A DNA stretch of 64,000 nt from an uncultured Pseudomonadales bacterium (GTDB taxonomy: Bacteria; Pseudomonadota; Gammaproteobacteria; Pseudomonadales; UBA7434): the NCBI GenBank assembly GCA_943787705.1, contig CALSNL010000003.1, positions 390,649 to 454,648 of the forward strand, in the 5' to 3' direction. The position numbers and the translations under genes were made by a program. Under the pieces are notes generated by a model. It ran no database searches, was not told the DNA's origin, and saw nothing but the letters and a program-made list of their open reading frames with translations. Below are positions 30,000 to 38,916 of the stretch, in pieces (position 1 is the first letter of the stretch; each line of letters starts with the position of its first letter).

Positions 30000-32900
30000 T
30001 TAGGTCTCGACTGCTAATTCCTGTGCCGAGTACTCTTTGCCTAACAATATATAAACAGAAGGCAAAACGATCAATGTAAATATCGTCCCTATTAACATTC
30101 CCAGCACTAATACCAAACCAATGGAGTTTCTTGCTTCGGCACCAGCACCAAAAGCGAAAATAAGCGGTGTATGGCCAGCAACCGTAGCAATGCTAGTCAT
30201 TAACACAGGACGTAAACGCACCAATGATGCCTGCTTAATTGCATCCATCTTAGATGCACCCCTACTCTGGAGCTTGTTAGCAAACTCGACAACCAAAATA
30301 CCATTGCGAACGATTAAGCCTACTAAGGTCACCAAGCCCACTTGAGAATAAATATTGAGCGACGTAGTGTAATTATCCATAAAAAATGGCACGCCTGAGG
30401 TGTTTTTCAGAAAGGTAAAAATCAACGCCCCAAACATAGCAACGGGCACAGAACCCAGCAAGATAACTAACGGATCTCTAAAGCTATTAAACTGAATGGC
30501 TAAGACAATAAAAATAATAATAATTGAAAAACTTATGGCTTGTAAAAAAAGGTTTCCTTCTGCACGAAGCTGACGTGAATCACCACTGTAGTCGACCAAA
30601 TAATTACTTGGTAGTATCTCTTTAGCAGCGTCTTCCAAGACGCTAAGACCTTCATCTAATGACACAATCGGAACGCCACTTAGTTTGACTGAGTTTAATT
30701 GTTGAAAACGATTCAAAGAGCGGGGCTTTGTCGAATACTCTGCGGTAGCAATATCGTCAAGACGAATCAAATTACCATTAGGACCACTGACATAAAGCTC
30801 ACCTAATTTTTCAGGCGTTAGACGAGACGCTCGCTCAACTTGAGGGATAACACGGTAACTCATACCATCCATATTAAAACGATTAACATAATTACCGCCA
30901 AGAAGCACAGCCAAATCGTTAGTAATGGCCGACATCGACAAACCATATTCAGCCACTTTTTCTTTATCAATTTTAAGTTCGGCACTGGGCTGATCATAGC
31001 GAAAATCTATTTGCGGCGGAAAGGCGAACTTACCACTTTCCATGGCCTTCATCTGTAATTGCAAGGCATATTGATACACCTCTTCAGCGGGCGCTGTCGA
31101 AGCTAGAACAAATTCAATGGGGAAGTCACTACCGCCAGGCAGTGATGGTGGCATAATTGAAAAAATACGCACGCCAGCAATCGATTGCGTGGCAGCATAA
31201 ACACTGGGAAGAATTTCAAATACTGATTGTTCACGCTCACTCCAAGGTTTAAAAATAACCCCCGAAAACCCTTCTGAGGGTGTACTAAGATGAAATGTGC
31301 CACTCGCATGTGGTATCCCCATCATCACATCATTGATTTGCTCGGCATAAAAAACCATATGGTCAAGTGTGGCATCAGAAGGCGCCTCAACAAGATTCAT
31401 TATGACGCCCTGATCCTCTAACGGCGCCAACTCTTTGGGTGAAGACATATACATCGGCACAATTAACAGACTGAGCACAATCCATGTCGCATAAGTTATT
31501 TTTCGGTTATCTAATGAGGCATCTAAAAAGCGCTTATAAATGCCTCGCAACCGCTTGTAGGTTTTTTCTAAAGGCGCACGCGACGCCGTTTTCTTATTTA
31601 ACATTTTTGCGCCAAGCATCGGCGATAAAGTAATAGCCACAATAGCAGAAATAGTAATAGCGCCCGCCAATGTCACTGCAAACTCTCTAAACAAAGTGCC
31701 GGTTAAACCGCCTTGAAACGCGATGGGTAAATACACACAAATCAATGTGATTGTCATCGCCATAATCGGACTTAGTAATTCTCGAGCCGCAGTAATAGAA
31801 GCCTGCAAAGATGTCTTTCCTTCGGCGATATGGCGTTCAATATTTTCCACCATAATAATCGCATCATCAACCACCAGACCGACACTCAGAACAATGGCAA
31901 GCAATGTCACTAAATTTAACGAAAAACCAAACAGCTGAATAATAAAAACTGAGCCAATAAGCGATAGTGGAATAGCCAGTAATGGAATTAAAATAGAACG
32001 ACTTAAACCTAAAAATAAAAAAATAACGCCAGTAATAATCAACAAAGTCTCAGTTAGTGTTGTTACCACTTCCTTCATCGACTCATCAATATATTCGGTC
32101 GCGTCATAACCCACATCAGCAGTAAGACCGGCAGGCAAACCTTTTTTAATATCCTCTAATTCTGCTCTCGCCTTTTTAATAACCTCTAGAGCATTCGCTT
32201 TAGGCGTCACCCAAATACCGATAAAAACAGCCGACTCTCCGGAAAAATGTGCATGTGAACTATAATTTTCAGAACCGAGATCAACCTTCGCAACCTCACT
32301 TAAACGCACAGTACCCTGTTCATTTCGCCTAACAATTAGCTGTTCAAAATCTTCAACGCTGTTGAGATCGGTATCCGCGCTTAAAATCATTTGTGATAGC
32401 GCGCCCTTAGTTTGACCTAAGGTGGCTTGAATATTATTACTGATAAGCGCACGCTGAATTTCTGAGGCTGAGATATTGTACGCAGCCATTTTTTCAGGTG
32501 ATAACCAAATACGCATAGCAAAAGGTTTATCGCCCAGTAAATCGGCACGATGTACACCGTTAATAACCGATAAACGAGGACGTACATTACGTACTAAATA
32601 ATCAGTAATTTGGTTTGAAGTTAAAATATCGGAATTAAACGTAAAGTAAGCCACAGCAAATCTAGCATCAGGTGTTGATACCGTTAACTTTGGGATCTCT
32701 GATTCTGACGGAAGATCACCCCGTACAAGATTAATCCGCGTATTAATCTCCGACATGGCTCTTATCGAGTCATAATTTAACTCCAGATGCACATCAATGG
32801 TCGATAGACCTTGAGTGCTTTTTGACTCAACGTATTCAACGCCTTCAACCGAAGCAATCACACGCTCAATCGGCGTAGTAATAAAGCCTCGCACCAGCTC

Positions 32901-33068
32901 GGCATTAGCACCCACATAAACCGTTTGAATATTAATAATCGCGGTATCGCTTTGCGGATACTGCCTAACGGATAGATTTTGGTACGCTTGCAAACCAGCT
33001 ATCAGTATAATCAAACTAACAATAATACTTAGTACTGGGCGTTTGATAAAAATATCTGTAAAGTTCAT
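30000..33068 (-). CDS. RND efflux transporter permease (AcrB/HAE family)
   Basis: 1022-aa ORF. Typical N-terminus MNFTDIFIKRPVLSIIVSLIILIAG. 12-TM, two-large-loop architecture. Confidence 0.9.
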   Translation of the reverse strand: MNFTDIFIKRPVLSIIVSLIILIAGLQAYQNLSVRQYPQSDTAIINIQTVYVGANAELVRGFITTPIERVIASVEGVEYVESKSTQGLSTIDVHLELNYDSIRAMSEINTRINLVRGDLPSESEIPKLTVSTPDARFAVAYFTFNSDILTSNQITDYLVRNVRPRLSVINGVHRADLLGDKPFAMRIWLSPEKMAAYNISASEIQRALISNNIQATLGQTKGALSQMILSADTDLNSVEDFEQLIVRRNEQGTVRLSEVAKVDLGSENYSSHAHFSGESAVFIGIWVTPKANALEVIKKARAELEDIKKGLPAGLTADVGYDATEYIDESMKEVVTTLTETLLIITGVIFLFLGLSRSILIPLLAIPLSLIGSVFIIQLFGFSLNLVTLLAIVLSVGLVVDDAIIMVENIERHIAEGKTSLQASITAARELLSPIMAMTITLICVYLPIAFQGGLTGTLFREFAVTLAGAITISAIVAITLSPMLGAKMLNKKTASRAPLEKTYKRLRGIYKRFLDASLDNRKITYATWIVLSLLIVPMYMSSPKELAPLEDQGVIMNLVEAPSDATLDHMVFYAEQINDVMMGIPHASGTFHLSTPSEGFSGVIFKPWSEREQSVFEILPSVYAATQSIAGVRIFSIMPPSLPGGSDFPIEFVLASTAPAEEVYQYALQLQMKAMESGKFAFPPQIDFRYDQPSAELKIDKEKVAEYGLSMSAITNDLAVLLGGNYVNRFNMDGMSYRVIPQVERASRLTPEKLGELYVSGPNGNLIRLDDIATAEYSTKPRSLNRFQQLNSVKLSGVPIVSLDEGLSVLEDAAKEILPSNYLVDYSGDSRQLRAEGNLFLQAISFSIIIIFIVLAIQFNSFRDPLVILLGSVPVAMFGALIFTFLKNTSGVPFFMDNYTTSLNIYSQVGLVTLVGLIVRNGILVVEFANKLQSRGASKMDAIKQASLVRLRPVLMTSIATVAGHTPLIFAFGAGAEARNSIGLVLVLGMLIGTIFTLIVLPSVYILLGKEYSAQELAVET

Positions 33069-33127
33069 ATTATCTACATTCTAATTATTCAGTTAAAAAC
33101 GGATGCAACATCAGTATAAGAAATCAC

Positions 33128-34270
33128 TTAGCCTTCTTTAGGATGTGGCGAAAGACTATAGGTAGTTTCACCACTCTCCCCTACTTCAACTGCCTGACCG
33201 TTAAATAATTTAAAAGCACCACCGCTAGCAAGTCTTTCATCACCCTCAAGCCCCGCCTCAACTGCCACAAAATCTCCGCGACGCTGCGCAATTTTGATAA
33301 ATTGCTGTCGAGCATGTAACTGACCTGTTTGTTCGTCCTCTTGAAGCAGATAAACTGAATCACCAAAGGCGCTATAGATAACTGACGTTGAAGGAATAGC
33401 GAGTACAGCGTCAGCTTGAGGAAAAACAACTCTGACTGAGACAGCCATGCCCGGATAAAGTAATGGTGACTTTTTTGACTCAAACGAATAATTATCTAAA
33501 GTGGCCTGAACAAGAATACTACGCGTTGCATTATCAACCTTTACACCAACAGCATTGATTTCACCCTTAGCAACGACATCCTGAGATTCCAAATAGCTCA
33601 CCTCAACATCTAAACCCGTTGCTACCTGATTAAGCCATTTTTGAGAGATGGGAAAGTCCACTTTTAAAGCATCTGTAGATTGCAGTGAAACAATCGCTGT
33701 ACCGGCTTGTAAGTCCTCGCCAAGATCAACCGATTTAATGCCTAAGCGCCCAGAAAAAGGCGCATAAATTTTCATTTTTTCAAGCGTCGCCTGTTGGTTT
33801 TCGGCATTCGCAATACTCGCAGACAATTGTAGCTGTGCTGTTTCATGCTCACTTTCGGCAACAAGATTTTTATCACGTAACTGACTAACACGGCTAAGAT
33901 TAGACTTTGCTAATTGCAATTGAGCTTTTGCAGAATTAAATAACGCAATTTCATTGGCATTATCTTGCTCAAGTAATAACTCACCTTGCTCAACATATTT
34001 ACCTGATACAAATAAGATTTTCTTCACTTTACCAGCACGCTCGGCAACAAGAGTAATACCCTCGTGCGCACGCACAGTGCCTAATGCCGTAACGCTTTTA
34101 CGCCACTGTTGTCTCTCAACCCCAACAGCATTCACCACAGCAACTGGCGGTGGAATATTTTCAAACGCATTAATAATAGTGCTTATTTGAAAAAACTTAA
34201 CTAAAGCTAACGTTATAAGAATTAGCGCTAAAGGAATAATGGCGATGTGACTAGCTTTGATTTTTTTCAT
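33128..34270 (-). CDS. RND efflux periplasmic adaptor (membrane fusion protein)
   Basis: 380-aa ORF upstream of the RND gene. N-terminal TM, coiled-coil hairpin and beta-barrel regions. Confidence 0.85.
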   Translation of the reverse strand: MKKIKASHIAIIPLALILITLALVKFFQISTIINAFENIPPPVAVVNAVGVERQQWRKSVTALGTVRAHEGITLVAERAGKVKKILFVSGKYVEQGELLLEQDNANEIALFNSAKAQLQLAKSNLSRVSQLRDKNLVAESEHETAQLQLSASIANAENQQATLEKMKIYAPFSGRLGIKSVDLGEDLQAGTAIVSLQSTDALKVDFPISQKWLNQVATGLDVEVSYLESQDVVAKGEINAVGVKVDNATRSILVQATLDNYSFESKKSPLLYPGMAVSVRVVFPQADAVLAIPSTSVIYSAFGDSVYLLQEDEQTGQLHARQQFIKIAQRRGDFVAVEAGLEGDERLASGGAFKLFNGQAVEVGESGETTYSLSPHPKEG

Positions 34271-34601
34271 ACTAAAATAAATAACTCAGTAAAATAATTT
34301 ATGGCAAAACAAGTAACATAAGATCATTTGTCAATGAAACTCATATAACTTATTTTGGCATTGTGAAATATCTAGACGGCTAAATTGAATGGCACCAATC
34401 GAAAAGCAAAAATAGTTTAGTCCAACCCAAGGTTAACCAACCCATTATGATAAAACCATGGCATTAAGAGCCATATTACTTAGCATTTTTGGACAGCATA
34501 TAAATGATGAAAAATGAGTGACGAGAGCCATTTATTATTATTGCTCCCGTCAATATGGAATGTTTTTTCACGCACGGACTAAGAACTACTCATTGGGTAA
34601 G

Positions 34602-34671
34602 AACTATGCTCTAGCTAAAACTATGCTCTAGCTAAAACTATGCCCTAGCTAAAAACTACGCACTAGCTAAC
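34602..34671. repeat. 17-18-bp tandem repeat x4 (AACTATGCTCTAGCTAA) at the 3' end of ald
   Basis: Units at 34602-34618, 34619-34635, 34636-34653 and 34654-34671. The last unit supplies the final ald codons (LASA) and the stop. Confidence 0.85.
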
Positions 34672-35780
34672 AACAACTCTTGAGGATTCCCATACTCATA
34701 AGACAACACATCAGCCACCGCCTTATAAGTCACCTTACCCTTATGCACATTTAATCCATTAAGCAAATGTGCATCGTCTAACAAAGCGCGCTTAACCCCT
34801 TTATTGGCCAGCGCTAATGCAAACGGCAACGTGGCATTGGTTAAGGCCATAGTTGATGTGCGCGCAACACCGCCCGGCATATTCGCAACACAGTAGTGAA
34901 CCACCCCATCGACAATATAAGTAGGATGCTCATGTGTGGTTGCTTTTGAGGTTTCAAAGCAGCCACCTTGATCGATAGCCACATCCACCACCACAGCGCC
35001 TTTTTTCATTTGACTAATAATGGCTCGAGTTAATAACTTGGGAGCCGCAGCACCGGGAATTAACACTGCACCTATCACTAAATCGGCTTCTAGCGCATAT
35101 TGCTCAATGGATTCTGCGGTAGAGTAAATACAGCGTAAGCGACCAGAAAACTCGATATCTAATTGTCGTAAACGAGGTAATGATCGGTCCAATATCGTTA
35201 CATCAGCTCCCATACCTACCGCCATTCTGGCCGCTTGAGCACCTACAACACCGCCACCAATAACCAATACTTTTGCCGGCGCAACACCGGGCACACCACC
35301 AAGCAAACTTCCTAACCCACCCTGGGCTTTTTCTAAGTGATGAGCACCAGCCTGTATAGACATGCGGCCAGCCACTTCAGACATAGGCGCTAACAAAGGT
35401 AAACCACCCTGATTATCCGTTACCGTCTCATAAGCAATACAGCTTGCTCCAGACTCCACTAACAGCTCAGTTTGCTTAGGGTCAGGTGCTAGATGTAAAT
35501 AGGTAAATAAAATTTGCCCCTCACGTAACATTTTACATTCGTTGGGCTGAGGCTCTTTGACTTTAATAATCATATCTGCAGTGGCAAAAATATCTTCTGC
35601 CGTATCAATAATTTTTGCGCCGGCAGCCATATATTCTTCATTACTAAAGCCTATAGACGCGCCACCATTGTTTTCGACAATCACCTCATGGCCATTAACC
35701 ACTAGCTCACGCACGCCACCAGGGGTTAAGCCTATGCGGTATTCATGATTTTTAATCTCTTTAGGAACGCCAATTAACAT
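34656..35780 (-). CDS. ald: Alanine dehydrogenase
   Basis: The ORF track gives 34656-35789. The likely start is [23 protein letters not shown] motif [12 protein letters not shown]. Confidence 0.9.
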   Translation of the reverse strand: MLIGVPKEIKNHEYRIGLTPGGVRELVVNGHEVIVENNGGASIGFSNEEYMAAGAKIIDTAEDIFATADMIIKVKEPQPNECKMLREGQILFTYLHLAPDPKQTELLVESGASCIAYETVTDNQGGLPLLAPMSEVAGRMSIQAGAHHLEKAQGGLGSLLGGVPGVAPAKVLVIGGGVVGAQAARMAVGMGADVTILDRSLPRLRQLDIEFSGRLRCIYSTAESIEQYALEADLVIGAVLIPGAAAPKLLTRAIISQMKKGAVVVDVAIDQGGCFETSKATTHEHPTYIVDGVVHYCVANMPGGVARTSTMALTNATLPFALALANKGVKRALLDDAHLLNGLNVHKGKVTYKAVADVLSYEYGNPQELLLASA

Positions 35781-36016
35781 CGCTATCACCTTTTATCTAT
35801 GCTGCTCTTCATCTATTAATTCATCTTTAAAGCCCATTTAAACGACCCTTAAAACCACTCACAGTATAAAAAAGCCAAAAAACAGATTCCTTAGCTACAT
35901 CCCTCATTCACTAGTTGAATGAACTTATATTTTTACAAAAACAGAGGATTCATTTGTTTATACTCATTTGAAGCCAGCAACCGCTTAATACCAGTAGTTT
36001 CAATAAGGGGATAATT

Positions 36017-36502
36017 ATGAATATGCGTGCCAAGGAATTAAGCACTATTGATAGAAACATACTGCGGGCACTTCAAAAGAATGGCCGTATTTCTTATGCT
36101 GAGCTATCCAGACAAGTCGGCTTAAGTGCAACGCCCTGCATGGAAAGAGTCAAAAAACTAGAACGCGAAGGTGTTATTCAAGGCTATACCACTTTAATTA
36201 ATCCAGAATACTTAGATGCAGCCTTAGTTGTGTTTGTGCAAGTGAGCTTAGAGCGCACATCAAAATCGATATTTGAAGATTTCCGTCAAGCCGCAGAAAA
36301 CCTTAACGAAGTCCAAGAGTGTTATTTATTGTCGGGCAGTTTCGACTATTTAATTAAAGCCCGAGTCGCCGATATGGCAGCTTATAGGCGCTTTTATGGC
36401 GAGACACTACTCAACCTACCCGGCCTTAAAGATTGCACCAGCTTTGTGGTTATGGAACAAATAAAAGAGACCTTAGAGGTGCCCGTTGTTCTAAATAAGT
36501 AA
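36017..36502 (+). CDS. lrp: Leucine-responsive regulatory protein (Lrp/AsnC family), divergent from ald
   Basis: 161-aa ORF, collinear with E. coli Lrp as I recall it (IDRNILRALQKNGRISYAELSRQVGLSATPCMERVKKLEREGVIQGYT...QECYLLSGSFDYLIKARV). Confidence 0.85.
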   Translation: MNMRAKELSTIDRNILRALQKNGRISYAELSRQVGLSATPCMERVKKLEREGVIQGYTTLINPEYLDAALVVFVQVSLERTSKSIFEDFRQAAENLNEVQECYLLSGSFDYLIKARVADMAAYRRFYGETLLNLPGLKDCTSFVVMEQIKETLEVPVVLNK

Positions 36503-36840
36503 GTAGTCGCTGCTCTTCCCTTTCCATCTTTAATATTGCCAAAACCACCTTGCTATCAGTATGAGCCCTCAATGGGAAAGATCCCCCATAAATAAGCCTT
36601 TCCAGACGACCAACACCACCCCACCCATAAGCCACTGCGTTATATGACGTAGATGGCTAGGGACTTAAGCGAATAGGAATAAATCGTGCAATCCATAGAA
36701 TGATTCTCAGTGGGTTCTTAAAGTAATTAAAAGTATTTGAAAGTAATTTAAATATTCAATTGCTATAAGAGCTCGATATTTATGCCCATTAAAACTAGGC
36801 AATCGCGATTACATAACTAACCTTCTGGGGAATTAACACT

Positions 36841-37534
36841 ATGAAAAAATTCAGCAATACTTTGAAAATGGCTATATTGACAGCAACAGTTCCAGTCGGA
36901 ATGTTAGCTTCAACTAGCGCTTCTGCCGAGCTTTCTGCATCAGCAACTGTTGCTAGCTCTTACTTATGGCGTGGTTTTGAACTGGGACAGGTACTCCTGC
37001 TATTTCTGCTGATTTAGTTTATAGCAACTCTGGCTTTCTACGCCGGCGTTTGGGTTTCATCTGGCGATCACTACTGGCGGAACAGAGTATGACTTATTCG
37101 CTGGTTACGGCGGATCAATCGGTGAGAGCTATCAGCTATGATCTTTCTGTATCACTTATATTTACCCAACAGGTCATTTTCTAATACTGAAGAGCCTGGT
37201 GATTTCTCTGAAGCTAGTATTAAATATTGGTTTAGGCCCAGTATCTTTAACTTATAAAGATAATATAGTGGCGGCTACTGGTGGTTATGCTTTCCTGAAG
37301 ATTATGCTTACTATCAGCATCTGTTTCATCGGTGACTTTGGTTCGACTTCGGCGTTCACTGATTAAGGCGCTCATGATGCAGTGCTGTAACTGGTGACTC
37401 AACTGCACTTTGATGTTACTTATGCAGCTACTGAAAACTTAGCATTTACTTTTAGCACAATCGTTGATTCAGATAACAGGCTTGCTGAGCCAGAACCAAC
37501 TGTAGTAGCATCTTACTCAATTCCACTTATGTAA
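36841..37534 (+). pseudogene. Degraded outer-membrane porin gene (TorF/TIGR02001-like beta-barrel), multiple frameshifts
   Basis: ATG with a GGGGA RBS and a signal peptide (MKKFSNTLKMAILTATVPVGMLASTSASA). Family-like pieces are scattered across all three frames. They are ELSASATVASSYLWRGFELG, GTPAISADLVYSNSGF, YAGVWVSSGD, TGGTEYDLFAGYGGSIGE, SYDLSVS and HFDVTYAATENLAFTFS...VVASYSIPLM. The ORF track has no ORF of 60 aa or more here. Confidence 0.65.
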
Positions 37535-37752
37535 TTTAATAAGTATATTGATTAAAGCTCTATTATCTACGCCCTTTTTGCTTTGCTTAAAGGGTTGTAG
37601 ATAACTTTATAGAATTTCGTTTTTTAGTTTTTATTTTTATTCGTTTTACTTTTTTTCTGTAGTATATTTTTGGTTTTCAATCTTTAGTCTGTTTGTCTTT
37701 TTATTTCCGAATCTCCGCATACCATGTTATTCATGGTGAGTGGTGCTCCCTT

Positions 37753-37776
37753 GGCTGGTTCTACCAGCCTTTTTTA
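37753..37776 (+). terminator. Orphan rho-independent terminator-like hairpin (possible end of a small RNA)
   Basis: GGCTGG-TTCTA-CCAGCC followed by TTTTTT. No plus-strand gene lies in the preceding ~220 nt. Confidence 0.4.
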
Positions 37777-37820
37777 ATTCTGCGTTTTTACTCACTCAAA
37801 GCATCCTTTGCTTATTCATT

Positions 37821-37877
37821 CCCTCTCATACTTTATCTCTGTCATACTTTATCCCTGTCATACTTTATCCCTGTCAA
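37821..37877. repeat. 16-bp tandem repeat x3-4 (CYCTGTCATACTTTAT) just downstream of the response-regulator gene
   Basis: Read directly at 37821-37877. Confidence 0.8.
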
Positions 37878-37886
37878 ATAAAACAA

Positions 37887-38804
37887 TTAACGACTCTTAT
37901 TAAGTACACCTAAAGAAATAATCGCTGCTGTGGTTCTATTCTCTACACCTAATTTCTTATAAATTTGCTCAAGATGCTTATTCACTGTTCTTGGACTCAT
38001 CGATAAAATAATCCCTATCTCTCGATTCGTTTTACCCTGACTAATCCAAGCCAACACATCCGATTCACGATCTGTCAAAGCGAATTCCTTTTTTAACAAA
38101 GCCGTATCAGAATCACCAGTAAGATCAACAATGCGTAATAAAAATTCATCGGGGGCCACTTGATTAACATAGCGAATATCGAATTCTAAACCGTCCTTTT
38201 CAATCTGCACACCTCGCTGGGGCTTTACTTCTGAACCAATCAACTTAGCAATTTTTTTAGCCAGCGCGAGTGCACTCGCCTTATCTGAAACACCCAATGA
38301 TTCAAACGCCTCATAAGCATGCGGTGTAGCCCATAAAATATCACCACTGGCATGGGCAGAAAATAAATAATGACCCGACTCATCCAAGGCTTCTCTGGCA
38401 CGCATGGTCGATTGAGCACTTGCTAAATGCGCACGCATTCTTACCAGTAATTCATTGTGATTAATCGGCTTAGTAATATAGTCAATACCGCCCACCTCAA
38501 AACCTTTTATAACGTGCTCGGTATCACTTAGGCCGGTCATAAAAATAACCGGAATATGCGCCAAATCAGGATTAGATTTGAGCGCTAAACAGGCGTCAAA
38601 GCCATCCATCACCGGCATTTTTGCATCCATCAAAATAATATCGGGCGTAATATTTTCCGTAATCGTAATGGCTTGCTGCCCTTCTAAGGCCACTAACACG
38701 GCCAGACCTTCAGCGTTCAATAACTGGCTAAGTGCACTGACTGCAGCGGTATCATCATCTACAACTAGCACTACCCTTTTTTTCTGTTCAATTTTTATAG
38801 CCAT
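37887..38804 (-). CDS. Response regulator: REC + middle domain + LuxR/FixJ-type HTH
   Basis: 305-aa ORF. REC motifs VVDDD and DAKMPVMDG. C-terminal HTH LTDRESDVLAWISQGKTNREIGIILSMSPRTVNKHLEQIYKKLGV. Confidence 0.9.
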   Translation of the reverse strand: MAIKIEQKKRVVLVVDDDTAAVSALSQLLNAEGLAVLVALEGQQAITITENITPDIILMDAKMPVMDGFDACLALKSNPDLAHIPVIFMTGLSDTEHVIKGFEVGGIDYITKPINHNELLVRMRAHLASAQSTMRAREALDESGHYLFSAHASGDILWATPHAYEAFESLGVSDKASALALAKKIAKLIGSEVKPQRGVQIEKDGLEFDIRYVNQVAPDEFLLRIVDLTGDSDTALLKKEFALTDRESDVLAWISQGKTNREIGIILSMSPRTVNKHLEQIYKKLGVENRTTAAIISLGVLNKSR

Positions 38805-38810
38805 TGTCTT

Positions 38811-38916
38811 CCTATTTAAAAACTACCTATTTAAAAGTTTATCTATTTAAAAACTATTTATTTAAAAGCTATCTACTTATAAGCTATCTATTTATAAGCT
38901 ATCTACTTATAAGCTA
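38811..38916. repeat. 15-bp AT-rich tandem repeat x7 filling the kinase-regulator intergenic spacer
   Basis: Units of the form TCTAYTTAWAAGCTA. The last four are nearly perfect and contain the 8-bp palindrome CTTATAAG. The final unit overlaps the kinase stop codon. Confidence 0.85.

Noticed and set aside
38811-38916. Possible CRISPR array (also considered for the other tandem arrays at 34602, 37821, 46481 and 48631)
   Set aside because: The repeats are directly abutting 10-17-bp units with no unique spacers between them. They are far shorter than CRISPR repeats, and no cas genes are in the window.
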